Made by a program: the position numbers and the translations under genes
From: Zancudomyces culisetae HAW-14-8
Taxonomy: Eukaryota; Fungi; Kickxellomycota
NCBI GenBank assembly: GCA_052426225.1
Contig: JBNJNM010000021.1
Location: forward strand, 2,728,001-2,792,000
DNA length: 64,000 nt
Reading direction: 5' to 3'
Part shown: piece by piece, positions 36,128 through 48,998 of the stretch
How the letters are laid out: each line of letters opens with the position of its first letter
Position numbering within the stretch: position 1 is the first letter of the stretch
The notes under the pieces: generated by a model
Databases searched by the model: none
Told to the model about the DNA's origin: nothing
The model's input: only the letters and a program-made list of their open reading frames with translations

Positions 36128-38303
36128 ATGGACATAGTGAAAATAGCCTACATAAAGCGGACGAGCAGCAAACTGAAAAAGGATTTGAATAACATAGTAC
36201 CAGTGATAGTTGAAAGGGATAAAATCAAATCTAGTATATACTTTTCCGATACATACCAGGTAATCTATCTTCAGATATTCATTGTAGAACATGATAGTGT
36301 TTTGACCATCTCTTCTGTTCTGTTTTTATTAGCTATTTATGATATGATATGATATGATAAAACTTGTCGTCGTGCTTTAATCTTTACCATAAACAATCTA
36401 TAGTGCACAAACGAAAATGCTACAAATGCATTGTTAAACAAAATTGTATGCGGGACAAATACGTGTGTAAAAATAAAAGAGGTTATACAAGCAAGGTAAT
36501 TCCAGGGTGCAAGAACCAGTATTAACAACAATACTTTGAAAGCAATATGTAATTAGAGCAGTCGAGTTCTACCGTTTCATTTTTAGTAAAGACAGTATCT
36601 ATATCTAACAACCGGCAAACATTTGATAGAGTAAAATATGAAAAAGCTTATGGTAAAATGCTGATCAGGTTGTCAAAGTACGAGATGGGGGAATTGGAAG
36701 TAGGGTAAATGATATATTATTACATCATAAAATGTAATTGTAACGATGTATGCACTTGGAGATAAAAGTTTTAAAGTAGAAAACTAATCTGATGGATTGA
36801 ATAAATTAGAACTATGAATAGAGCATTCAATGAGTTTGACAGGGGGATGGAGAGCACAGGACTTGAACATATAAACTTGGCAGGCAACATGTGTAGAGAG
36901 TTAATAGAGCCGCTGAAAACATATATTCAGTTTATGGATAAACTCTACCAACTTGTAAGCAATTCTCTTTTTATTTTAAGACAGATCTCAAAAAAAAAAC
37001 ATTTGAGTAGGTTTAAGTACAATCAAAAGAATGGTTATGGTTATAAACGACATCAACTTTAATTATAATTTAGAGTCACGAAGAAATATCCAGAAATAGG
37101 TACAGGATCGATAAAATGGAGAAAAAACTAATAAGTGTAAGGGGCTATCTTTATGAGCAAACTTGATATATATAGGAAAATCACGAGTAAACTAGTAACA
37201 CGTGTATCTATTATGAGTAATATTTGCTGAACCATCTTTACAATATATTTTCAACTAGGCGATAAAGAAAAGGGACGATGTTGTGAAAAAAATGGAAAGA
37301 TTTGTAATGAGGTTTGAAAATACGCACGAGGTGAGCGGAGATAAAGTAAGTAGCAAGGTACTGTCTAAATGGACACCATACATATCTGAATAATTATGTG
37401 TTTAATGTTTAATGTAAAGCGTGGAATATGGCGCAAATACATAACACACTTTTTATACTTTATTCGTGAATATGAGCTAAAAGTTGTTGTTGTTAATATA
37501 GAATATATATAAATACAACAAACTAAACAAAAAGACGCATATGAACGAGGAAAGGGTCGAAAAAATGACTAAAGAACTCAGAGATGCAAAAGAAAACTGG
37601 AATAAAAGATGGATGTCGCTAGGCGATTCAATACAGATAATGGAGGAGAAGCGAGTAGAAATGATTAAAAATATCACAAAGGCTTATAGCGCAATGATCA
37701 GGCAGGTTAATGGCAAAGAAATGGAGACACAGTGTAGAATGGAGCAAACGTTTGAAAATATAACAGAAGAGCTTGCAATAACAGAGTATATGACGTATAG
37801 CAAGGGCGAGGAGATAGCGGTAAAGAGTCCAACACCAATAAGCAAAAAGTTCAGACAGACAATAGAAAGCAAGATAAAGGAGTATAGGCTGAGTAGATGT
37901 GACTATAGCTTGAAAAGTTTGAAAGAAAGCCTCGCAAACTTAAGCAGAAAGGAATTGGAAATCACACCGCACTCAGAACAGATTTTTATGACAAAGAGAC
38001 TAAATAGCTATGGAATTGATGGTGATAATCCAGGATTGAGAAAGGAAAAGACAGAGCCACCTACAAAAAAAAGACAGACACTGATCTTTACAGAGGGGAA
38101 ACAAGTTGTGGGATATGTAAAAGCCATTTTCGATTACGAGGCTGAGGAAGAATGGGAAATCTCATTGAGGGAAGGTGATGTGATAGCAGTATATAGACGA
38201 AACGAAGACGGATGGTGGGAAGGGGAAATAGTTGACGGGGATCGCGGTGCTATAAGAAAACGTGGGCTGTTTTCCATCGAACTTTACAAAGCCGAGCAAA
38301 TAA
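36128..38303 (+). CDS. F-BAR (FCH) and SH3 domain protein, Cdc15/Hof1/PSTPIP-like, multi-exon, with an apparent +1 indel near the 3' end
   Basis: Spliced exons encode a helical FCH-like region (EVIQAR|VKYEKAYGKML...HINLAGNMCRELIEPL). SH3 YVKAIFDYEAEEEWEISLREGDVI...GWWEGE. Removing one T at ~38270-38273 restores GLFPSNF with TAA at 38301-38303. Confidence 0.75.
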
Positions 38304-38387
38304 AAAAAATGAGAAGGGAGGGAAGGAAGAAGAAAAGTGGATAAAAGATAACTAAACGAAAAAAAAGTCTATAGATGGTGTTTATGA

Positions 38388-40319
38388 TTAGGAAATGTCA
38401 ATGCTAACAATAGAAACTTCTTTGAAAGGACGATCAAGCTTGTCAACTTTCAGGTGTTCAATCTTGGTGATGACATCAAGACCACTAACAGCACGTCCAA
38501 ATATAGTGTGTTTGTTGTCTAGCCAAGGAGTTGGAACAGTAGTAATAAAGAATTGAGATCCGTTGGTATTTGGTCCGCGATTGGCCATAGAAAGCGTGAA
38601 CGGTTTGTCATGACGTAGACTATCCACAAACTCGTCCTCAAATTGCGCACATAAACTGACTCACCGCCAGTTCCATCACCGCTTGGGTCACCACCCTGGA
38701 TCATGAAATCACGAATTACACGATGAAAAATAGTTCCATTGTAATACCCCTTCGACGCTAATGCCAAAAAGTTGTGACTGTCTTTGGTGTAAGCTCAGGA
38801 TACAGTTTCAGGTGAATATCGCCCATAGTAGTCCTTACTATTGCTTCAGTCGATTTTAGCAGTTGCTGCTGTTGTTGCTGTTGTTCTTGAACTGATAAGC
38901 TCAAAACCTCCGCACTTGGTTTTTCGTTAAATAGCATCCCTTTCGCCTTCGTTTTCTGTGTTGCTAAATAGATAAATACGATCTTGTTTAAATGCAGTTG
39001 TAAAAATTGTTGGGTCTATCTGCTGTATCCTGCTTTCAACCGATCTAGGCTTCTTTGAAACATAGTTTTGCCATATTCCAATGTTTACAAACCGAAATAT
39101 CTCGTCTACTCCATAAACCGAAACCACACGGTCGGTTTCCAATTCGACAGCTGTTATTCCCTCTAGTCCAGCATATACAGTATTTTGCCGCTCTGATCAA
39201 ATACTGCATTGCTGTACTCCACTGCTTCTGTTCTGTATAGTTCACGTTCTGTCGCTAATCTTCGACCATATTCCATCTCCTCTAGTGTTATTTCACCCTT
39301 GCCTTCTTCTCCGCCGTACCTTTTTATCAGCTTTCCTGTGGTCATTTCAAAAACCCTAGTTAACCCATCACTGGCTGTTATGCTGAACTTTTCAAAATCA
39401 TTAGAATATTCTATGTACGCTCCTGTTCCTGACTTTTTTTGAATTTCATATAAATCAGTATGTGTCTTGTACTGAAAATTTATCCCTGCTAGTCTCAAAT
39501 CCTTTCTAATCTTCTCGTCTAGACTCCAATACTCTATCCCACCCTTTTTGTCACATGATACAACCACATCGTATTTGCTGTTATACCTGATACTATTATT
39601 GTTGTTCTGTGTATACCCTTTTCCTCCCCCACCTTTGTCCCGTCGATCTCATATTTGTGTATTATACCACTTTCTTCTTCTCCTACAACCAATATCCACT
39701 TGTTGAGGCGTTTCAGCTTGACCCAGCCCAAACTGCTTCCTTGGTAATCCAGTTTTATGATGTTCATCATATCATAATTCTCTATATCAAATATCTTTAC
39801 AGTCTTGTCATCCTGTGATATACTCGCCAAGTAGCCACCGTCAATATTCTCACGCATTCGATGTACCTCGCCAATATGTGCCCTATAATCTTTTACGAAC
39901 TCTATATCGTCCGCTGTCTTTTTCCAAAACTTGATATGACCATCCTTTGAGCTTGTTATTATCTTTCCCTTCTTTGTCACTATTACCTGTCTAATGACAT
40001 CTCTATGCATATAACTTTTTGAATATCTTTGGACGCGTGGTAATTTCTTGATGAAATCTCTTTCATCGTGTTTTACGTCGTCTATTTTTTTATATAATGT
40101 GTTAGCTAGTCTACTAAGCTGAAATATATCTCAATAGAATCGGTATACCTCCGCAGCTCTCCCCTCTGGATTTTGTATCTTTGATAAACAAGTTATAAGA
40201 AAAAGTAAAATAAAAATAATAACTCTGAATAAAACGCATTCTGGGTGTTACTTACTTTTGACTCTTTTTATATTCTCATTTTCCTCACTGTCGGATAGCT
40301 CTCTCTTTTTTTCTTCCAT
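38388..40319 (-). CDS. PPWD1: WD40-repeat cyclophilin PPWD1, interrupted by about 5 single-base indels
   Basis: YMHRDVI...[13 protein letters not shown]40 region, then cyclophilin motifs [24 protein letters not shown] and [17 protein letters not shown]...[10 protein letters not shown], spread over several frames. Short first exon begins at ATG 40319. Confidence 0.88.
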
Positions 40320-41322
40320 CTTTGCTACTATGAATTTCGAAGATTTAGGATTTTTGATCAGTTTGGCTTTAGCCTCTCATTTATCTGTGAAATAAAATAT
40401 AACTTGATACAACTTAATATCATAAAGAAAAGAACAAGATCCGCAAATTCAAAATTTTTGCTCCATAACAATAATGAAAAAAAACCCCCCATTCTATTCG
40501 TAAAAACCGGGTTTAATTGGTATGTGGTGTTTTTTGTAAAAGCAAGATTCACATATTTCGACGAATGATAAATACAACGATCTACAGCGTTTTTCCTAAT
40601 GGCACTTGATAACACATACCTCAAATCGCCACAAGTAAAACAGTCGGTTTATCGGTTAGAGCGTATTGAAAAATAAAGGATATCTGCGCCAAACTCTTGC
40701 CCGATTTTGTACTTTTGAGGCATTGCAACACTCCATAACTGTGAGATAGATTAGATAATGCCATTAATTTTGATGTCCTCAACCATATAATGTAGGCTAA
40801 AAATCGACTGAAGGGGGTATGCTATTGAGGCGTGGGTAAAGTGAACATACAAGTATAGTCCAACTCAACACCTTTCGTCAACCATCATAATAATTGCCCT
40901 GGTTTATGTATGGTGTTTAGTGGACCTTCTTTCCTGCTTTTACTAATCGAAAGCTTGAGTTTATTAAATTTCAACAGCTGTATAAGTATTCCTATTAGTA
41001 AACCATGTTCTAGTTTATGAGAAAAGGCTTCGTAATTTGATTACTGTATTGGGGGGGTTAGTTCGGGTTTGATACACATTTATCACTGCTGTTTGATTCG
41101 TGCATTCCGCAACTTTTGGGAAAGCAACGAATGGCAAAAATTATGCAAAACCATGCCAAGCCAGCTCTCGGTTTTATTTTCCTAGCTTTGGGAAAAGGTT
41201 AAAAGTATTTAAAAAGAGGGGGAAAGCTCTTTGCCCTCAATTTACCAGAAATACATTCCAAAAGATCTTCACAACACAAAAAGAAAAGATATATTTTAAG
41301 AGTAAAAACAAAAGAAATAGAT

Positions 41323-41694
41323 ATGGAACAAATCAGAGAAAAGAGTGAACAAGAGAGAATAGATGAATTTAATGCGCTGAAGGCAGAGTTTGACCCCGAA
41401 GTAATCTTGCAGAGAACTGAAGAATGGAAAAAAAAGTTGGAAGGGAAATATCTAGACTTTGACGACTGTGTAGCAAATAAGATATCAGGTGTGGACAGAA
41501 TGGTTAAGGATGGCTACTCCGTAAGCAGTGAAATAAGAGAAAAAGAGTCGGAAAATATAGTCAAGGCATCTTCATTGCCCGAGGTGGTCAGGATTATTGG
41601 AAAAAACACCTGTGTTACCTTGGACTATCGTCCTTCCAGGCTAAACATCGATGTCTTGGAAGACGGACTCATTCAGCGTGTGTACTTGGCTTGA
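41323..41694 (+). CDS. Peptidase inhibitor I78-family-like protein (123 aa)
   Basis: C-terminal LPEVVRIIGKNTCVTLDYRPSRLNIDV matches the I78/potato-inhibitor-I reactive-loop pattern VTxDYRxxRLN. Confidence 0.75.
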   Translation: MEQIREKSEQERIDEFNALKAEFDPEVILQRTEEWKKKLEGKYLDFDDCVANKISGVDRMVKDGYSVSSEIREKESENIVKASSLPEVVRIIGKNTCVTLDYRPSRLNIDVLEDGLIQRVYLA

Positions 41695-42022
41695 TGTAGT
41701 TTTATTGATTTGTTTTATTTACAAGCTGGTTAGAATTTCTTGCTTTACACAATGACTCGAATGAACATTGTGATTAACCCCATCTAAAGAGTATTCTAGC
41801 CTATACATGAATTTGGAAAGATGAAATAAACGTTCTAATATCATTTTCTTGCTTTTGATGACTTTTTTTTCCGCTCATATACATACAAAAATATGAGGTG
41901 AATTATATCGTATACAAATAAGCACAATAAAATGCTGCCAGATTTACCCTCAGCCCAGGATTTAAAAAGCTCATGACTAAATCTACAATATCAAAAAATA
42001 TTATTGAAGTAAGAAGGAAAGG

Positions 42023-43191
42023 TTAGGATCTTATGTTTGATGGTTTTTTCTTCTTTTTAAAAACAGGCAGAGAGAGCCCCTCTGCCTCTTTAGTATCACT
42101 TTTAAGGGGTAAGCGATCCATTTTAGTCCCATTATCTTTAATAACTTTTTGTGTGAGTTTGAAATGCGGTAATTTTGTAGACTGGTCCTTTGTGACATCA
42201 GAGGGTGGTGGTTGTGCATTTTTTTTGTTAGCTATAGATCTTTCGGGGGAGGATGACCTTTTGGTAGTAATGTCCTCTGTGGTGGTGTTAACCTGTTTGT
42301 TTTCAGAAACGACTGCAACCCAGGCCCCAATTCCTGTACTATCGAGTTTCTCGTTCTCTTTTTTGACCCATTCGGGAAGGACTGGTGCATTTACATTTGT
42401 ATCAAGAGTTGGTATATTACACCCACCCATAACATTGTTGTCTGTAACAGTGTTATAGTGCGGTGTAGTATAGTCAAAAGGCCGCTCGCCCTCGTCTAGT
42501 TTCCGCTTTTTGCCCAAATTCTTTGAAACATTTACGCTTTGAGGCGTAGCGTGTCTCCCAGCATGACTTGTTTTTGCCACACTCCCCTGTTTCTGACTTT
42601 TTAGGACATCGAGAGTTGCGCTATTTGTGTGACCTTCTGATATATCTCTTTTAATAGATTCGTTTGCTGCCTATATGAATTTTGAAAGGAATCAATCTTC
42701 AGAAACCCAGAAAAGATTAGGAAACATATACTCACTAAAACGGGTACATATATACAAAAGTATCTTCGTACTTACAGCCTCGATTTGGGATAACACGCTA
42801 TTTAGTTTTGAATCCTCCTTTTCTTTCTCTCTAGTCTGTCGATCTACATCCTGTAGGTATTTCTGGACATTGACTTTATGTCGAGTCCCACTATTGTGTA
42901 TATCCTTCGACTATAAATTATCATTAAAAAGTTTATTTTTATCTTTTCATGTTTTATCGAAGGCTTGTCCCCACGAATATATTAGGATTGAAAAAATATA
43001 GTGAATCGCAAATATTTAAACAGTTGAGTAATTACGCTTTTGTTATCCGCTATATATATTTTACAGTATATACACCAGTGTTTAGGCGTGGACACCCAGT
43101 ATTCCGACCTAAGTTAGATTGGTAACCCCGCTTGTTAGTGTGTTTCCGATAAACGATGAAGTCAAATTTAACAAATGTTTTACGCTTACAT
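42023..43191 (-). CDS. U1/matrin-type zinc-finger protein, WBP4/FBP21-like N-terminus, 4 exons
   Basis: Spliced N-terminus MSEYWVSTPKHWCIYCKIYIADNKS|SKDIHNSGTRHKVNV gives a C2H2 U1-type finger. C-terminal PVFKKKK. No WW domain seen. Confidence 0.8.
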
Positions 43192-43495
43192 TTTTATATA
43201 TCTGCTGTGTTTGTCGTATGACTGTACTTTTTCGAATACTTATCCCTCTGTTACTTTTCTGTTTATGTTTGAAAGGTTTACACAAAATCCTGTCACTGAT
43301 AGAAATTACTGCATCAATCTTTCTTATTCCTTTTTCCTGGATTCTAGTGCAAAAAATCAGGCATTATATTCAGCCTTTTCATGACTATTTTTTTCCCATA
43401 AAATTGATCTAGAGATACTAAAAAAAATGCTCAAATTGGGTAGTCTAGGTTAGCTTTGATGCTAAAGAAATGATTTTTGGTAAAATATCATTGAA

Positions 43496-44658
43496 TTAAA
43501 AAAAATAGTCTACTACATGCTGAGAAATATTGAATCCAAACAAGGAAGAAAAGTATAAAACGAAAACAAAAAAGGCGGGATACAGGAATGCTGTCTGTCT
43601 TTGAAGGAAAGGTAGGGCTTGGAAACCAAGATATGTGATGTAGATGTATTCAATTGCAGCAACGGCGTATAGAGTGTTTCCAAGAAACAGAGAAATCCAT
43701 GAAGGTTTCATGAGAACAGGCAAAAAGAAAAACTGGACCACATATAGTATTAAAAACGCCGGAAAGAAGGAGTTACAATGTACATCAAAGGCGTACTGTA
43801 ACTCAACCCGCTGCTCTAGTACATGAACGTTTTGGTGGAGCAAAAAGTTATTCGAAAATAGCCTATTTTTTTAATAAAAAAGTACATATATACGTAAACC
43901 ATTAAAGTTAAGCCCTGCAAGCTGGGTGTTATTTTTTGGTGTGGCCGCTTCAAGCCGAATATAAGCTGGTACTACTATTTTTTCAAATGTCAACTTACCA
44001 GGTTGCTAATGATATGAAAAATCCCAATATAAAGTAGTTGAAAATTATCAATTTGAACGTTATAAGCAGTAGACCTCGAAAACCAGCTCCGTATACCGCC
44101 CCATACCCAGCTGAGATTACTATAAGTTTTTTTGATTTTTGATTTGATGAGTTAGGAGATACTTCAAGTATGCATTTTATTTTTTCTAGAAAAAGGGAGA
44201 GAAAAGGTATGTCACTTACTTAGGAGTGCAACAAGTTGAAGTATGACAAAAGCCGGGTCATCTCTGGACCATTGGTTTTTCGTTTCTATTTTAGAGATTG
44301 TTTTAATACACTTTGCTCATAGATGTAAAACAGTTAAATATTATCCTTACGTTTGTGGTAGTAGATGTTTCTGTACCTATAGTTGGGGTATAATTATTCT
44401 ATTAGTTATATTCAAACCTCTTGGATTGTCTTATTTAGTTATCTTTTTTTTTGGGATAGAATAGTTAGAATGGGCTAGTTACACTCTTTTGGGGCTTATA
44501 ACCAAATAAAACATTTGCCATAACGCATATTCAAAATCCATATGTCCCCAGGAAAATATTTTCTTGAAGTATGGTGATAAAATATCCCTTTTCCTCTTTT
44601 TGGTTTTTAGATACCCTCGTTGTCGCTGGCCATCCTTGTAATAATCCCATTCGTTCAT
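43496..44658 (-). CDS. GMH1: UNC-50/Gmh1 Golgi membrane protein, 5 exons
   Basis: Spliced motifs MDFEYALWQMFYLVISPKRV|YRNIYYHKQ|TKNQWSRDDPAF and YAFDVHCNSFFP, GFQALPFL. Confidence 0.92.
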
Positions 44659-47600
44659 GTTGATTTTATTGGTGCCGATTGTACATTTCTCTCTTTATGG
44701 GGTTGTCAGTTGGCTTGTTCAAAATCTAATAGCAAGGAAAGTGCGTTATAATATCGGAATCTGCAATGTATGGGTGAAATTTCTAAAATCTAGTATTCAA
44801 GCCATTTTGATATAATCAACAGATAAATTATATCAAAATATCATGTTTCTGGATAATAGCAAATGGCCAAACGCCTGTGTACACTACCTTGCAGTAACTG
44901 AGTCGATGCGTCTAATTAAACAATAAAAGTGCCTCCTGTTCTATTTTGTCGCTGGCAAATTCTTGTTTTCTAATCGTGCTTGCTCTCGATTAACTCTCTT
45001 TGGCTCAGGTTTCGTTAAAAAATAAATCGTCCCGCTTAAGAAAACTGTGCTTAAAGTTTGGGATATGGAGGTGAGAAATGTAACCATACAGAAATCTGTT
45101 TTAGAAGCATCGCACAATTAGGACCAATAGGATACTGACAGTAAAGTTAAAAATCCACGAAAAGAGTGGTAGAGTTTGGAATTAATACAGCTCACTGTTT
45201 TGCCATGTGTTCTGGGATTGGTGTTATTATTTACCCAGTAAACATATCATGGAATTTATTATTAAAGGTCAACGACTTTTCTAGTTAGCCTTTTCCTTTT
45301 AAATACTTTCTCTTTAGCAGTTTAGTAACATGAATGAGAATAGTAAAGATAATATGGGATGAGGCAAAGTGAGGCAAGGTAAGCGTAATTAGGACAAAAG
45401 GCAAAAAAAAAAGTTTTTTTCTCTATGTATTACACTTTGACATCTTTTTTTCTTTCATATTCACAGCTATTGTTCCTGGATAAGAGTTTTATATACACTC
45501 CGGTGTTCACGCCTTTTTTGTATTATTATTTTCCGGAAGAAGGGCAGCCCCATTTTTTAATTCAACTTTAGAACTTTACCTTACTATTTGTTCATCCTCC
45601 TAATCAATTGAGCATAGCTTTATTATACTATCAATCTCTAGAAAGAGAGGAGGGGAGAAGGTGTAAAAAAAAAAGAACTCTGGGCTGTACTGTACCAAAT
45701 AGATAAATAGCGAGTCAACTGAGAAAGTATATCAACACACATGATGGCTGTGAAGTATACACATTTTACGTGTTGGTGTTGAGATGAGGCGCTGTTGTTG
45801 AGTGTGAAAGTATATGTAAATGCTTTTTTTTTGCTTGTTTGTATGCAGCGCTAGCATGCCCCGAACCTCCGGAAACAAAATAATCAGCATATGAATACTC
45901 ACTCCACAAAAAAAGGAGACAAGTACACTACTCTTTTGTTTAGTTGACTTTGGAACGTGTTAACGAAGCAAAGTAACAACGTAAAGTAATAAAAATGATG
46001 TCACGGCGGAAAAGGCGTGGTAACGGGATGAAAGCGCATTTTGTTAAACGGATATCATAGTGAAATAATGGAGACAACATGTCAACGCAGTTTTAAGCCC
46101 TGGTCCTGTTTTTTTCATCAGCTAGGGATTTCCCCCTGTCTCCAGCCTTTTAATATGTAAACCGGCTTAAAGGTTCATGTTTTTTTTTATCTGATAAACT
46201 TGACTATATCTCTCAAGCTTTGCTTTTTCACCTCACCATTATAATATCTACTTTTTTATCAGCCCCTTGTTTGCCATTAACAATACCGACACCTTTATAA
46301 CTGATAGAGTACTTTTTGCCATTGGCGCTGGTCTGCTAGATTGAGCGTCTTATTATAAAACAGGAATCTTGGTATTATATTCACACTTGTTAGCAAATAT
46401 ATCCTTTTGGTGATATACAGGTTAAAATTCATAAAGCGAGGTGGTTGAGCTTTTGAAAAAAAAGAACACAAATAATATGATGGTTTCAAGTTAGCAGGGA
46501 AGCGGGTGGGAGCCGTGCGCAATTGTTTGGGTTGCATCCCAAGATCAAACCCAGCTGGTGTAACAAGAGACGACGAAGGGGCAGAAAAGTGATCTAATAC
46601 ATTTTTTACTGCGCTATCGTCATTTTTTTGTTTATAAAAACATGCTATTTTAAGCTTGAATATAATCCTCCCCTGTCACAATCGTCCTTAAACAATAACC
46701 TAATGCACACAAGGGATGGAGTGGAAATGGAGTTTTCCGGGATTTTGTTTAAAATAAAGGCATATACACCAGCATGGTTGATTGTCGCCAAAAGTACTAT
46801 TATTTTTTTTTGTCGTAGAAGTGTAGTTGCGTATTAACTGCGTTTGTATTGTTGGGGTAAAATACTAGAATCATGTTCTAAAACGAATGTGATTGTTTTC
46901 CCTTTTTTCTAAAAGACAAAGATCTAGAGAACGCGTAGGAATGTGCGGCTAATTGCTACAAAAATTAGCGGAAAATAGCGAAAGTTAGAAGCTGAGCTAG
47001 AACCAATGTTGGTTTGAACTTTGGAAACAGCTAAAAGTAAATTTCCTCATTAAAACGCCACTACAAGTTCATTTAGTATTAAAAAAGCACAAAACCAACC
47101 AAGATTCGGAGTGCAGAAATTGATTTACGTAACTAAACATGCCAATCACTAGAAAACTGACGTAAAAAAAAAGACCCAAAAGGCATTCCCGAAGATATTA
47201 TTGCCTTTTGCAATCTTCGGCTAGAGCCATTTAAATCCCTGAGTCCATATTGGGTTGGTTAGGGGAGGAGAAGAGCGGGAGGGTAGTGAAAAGGTATTCT
47301 ATGTTGGTGAAAAAAAAAAACATTGAATTTGAGAATCGATAAGCATCAGGAAAGCAGGACTGATAGTTAAGAGGCTATTTTAGGACTGTGTGACCTGTAA
47401 TGGGTGTAGTTGTAGTTGTGGCAGTGATTTTATCGGTTGGAATTTTATTTGTAGTTGTGGTACTAATTATAACAAGTCAATTTTTTTTGGGGGGACGAGC
47501 AAATGAATATTTCATAATAAAAGGCAACATTCAGTATATCTCCAAATAATTCATCTTTGGCACTCTATTATAGACCAAATGGACCAAAGAATACTTGTAT

Positions 47601-48998
47601 CTATCAGGAATTTGACAGTCGAAATCGAACCTGTAATCCAACCAGAGTAAAGTGTAAGTGTGCAAATCATGAGGAAAAAAAAGGGAGGGGGTGATGGTGG
47701 ATCATCAGGTTCATTAATTTTGTTCGGTTTTTTTCTTGGATGCGTCGAACACGTGGTCTAAAAATAGAAAGCCCATGAAAAGAAACAAAAGTTCAACAAG
47801 AGATATAGAACAACTCAGCCATTTTAGAGGGTATGAGAGAAAAGGAAATAAAAAAAGGGGAGCATTCTTAGAGGTTCTATTTGTTGTTCTTTGTTCGCTT
47901 GTAGATAAAACTCTACGAAAAACGGGTAAAATAACCTAGGTAATTAAACATAGATGAGTTACAAATCATTCCAAACAAGGGCGTAGTTGCGCGGGCTACT
48001 GCTGTTCCAGATGGGTTGTGGTTAATATTACAGGCAGGTTTATCAATTAAAATCCTTGTGCCTTGGGAAAATAAATACGGTTAATTTATTATTTTAAAGC
48101 CATTGTCCAGATAATTTTTATCTTTGCAAATGTGTCATCCTATCGAGTCCAACTAAAAAAGACATTGTAAAACAATGGAAAGAAAAAAAGTATAATTTCA
48201 AGACTATAATCATTACATGCCTTCAGGCAGAAACGTTCTAAATGAACATATGACTATCATACTGAATGGAATATATTACTGATCCTTTTTTTTAATTAAT
48301 TCTCAATTAAAAATAACGAAAAAAACAGAAATTGAGAAAAAATATACGCGGCATTTAAAGAACACAGAAAACTCTTAATAGTAGGTACTAGGTTATATAA
48401 AAAGACTGGTTCTGTAAGGAACACAGCATCTGTTAAAGAATACTCTTACAAAAAGAACTCGTTGATTTTTTTTTCTTTTTTTGTCATGCCAGGGCATTTT
48501 AAAGCCAATATCAGGTTTTAATAGAACATAATACATATTACCAAAAGCCTTTAACTATTCGTTTTGGAAAATTAAAAATTTACACTACACTGTCACATAG
48601 GTGCCAAATACGTCAATTATCTGATTAGTGCAGCGCAATAATAAAACAGGGAATAAAAATAATCCGTAATTAACCGTGGGGTGGTCTATAAATACTCATA
48701 AGATTCTCTGAACCCATCTCTGGCATTAAGCGTTTTAAAACCTTATTTAAAGTTGGCTATACCATCAACAAACAAAAGTACATATCTCAACATGAGCACA
48801 AGTATATAAAACTTGTTTACATAATAGTAGGAAGCAACATACCATTAATCGAAGCATTATACAAAAATAAACAAAAAAAAAAGCCTCACTCCCGGCTAAG
48901 TAAGGAACCAGCCGAGTAAATAAACAAATAATACAATAATCCAACTATATAAGCAACACTCACCTTCCCACTTCTAGCAGAGATAAACAAAAAAAAAC

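Noticed and set aside
38388-40319. PPWD1 as a pseudogene
   Set aside because: Only single-base indels, intact catalytic motifs and similar indels nearby point to sequence error, so it is kept as a CDS.
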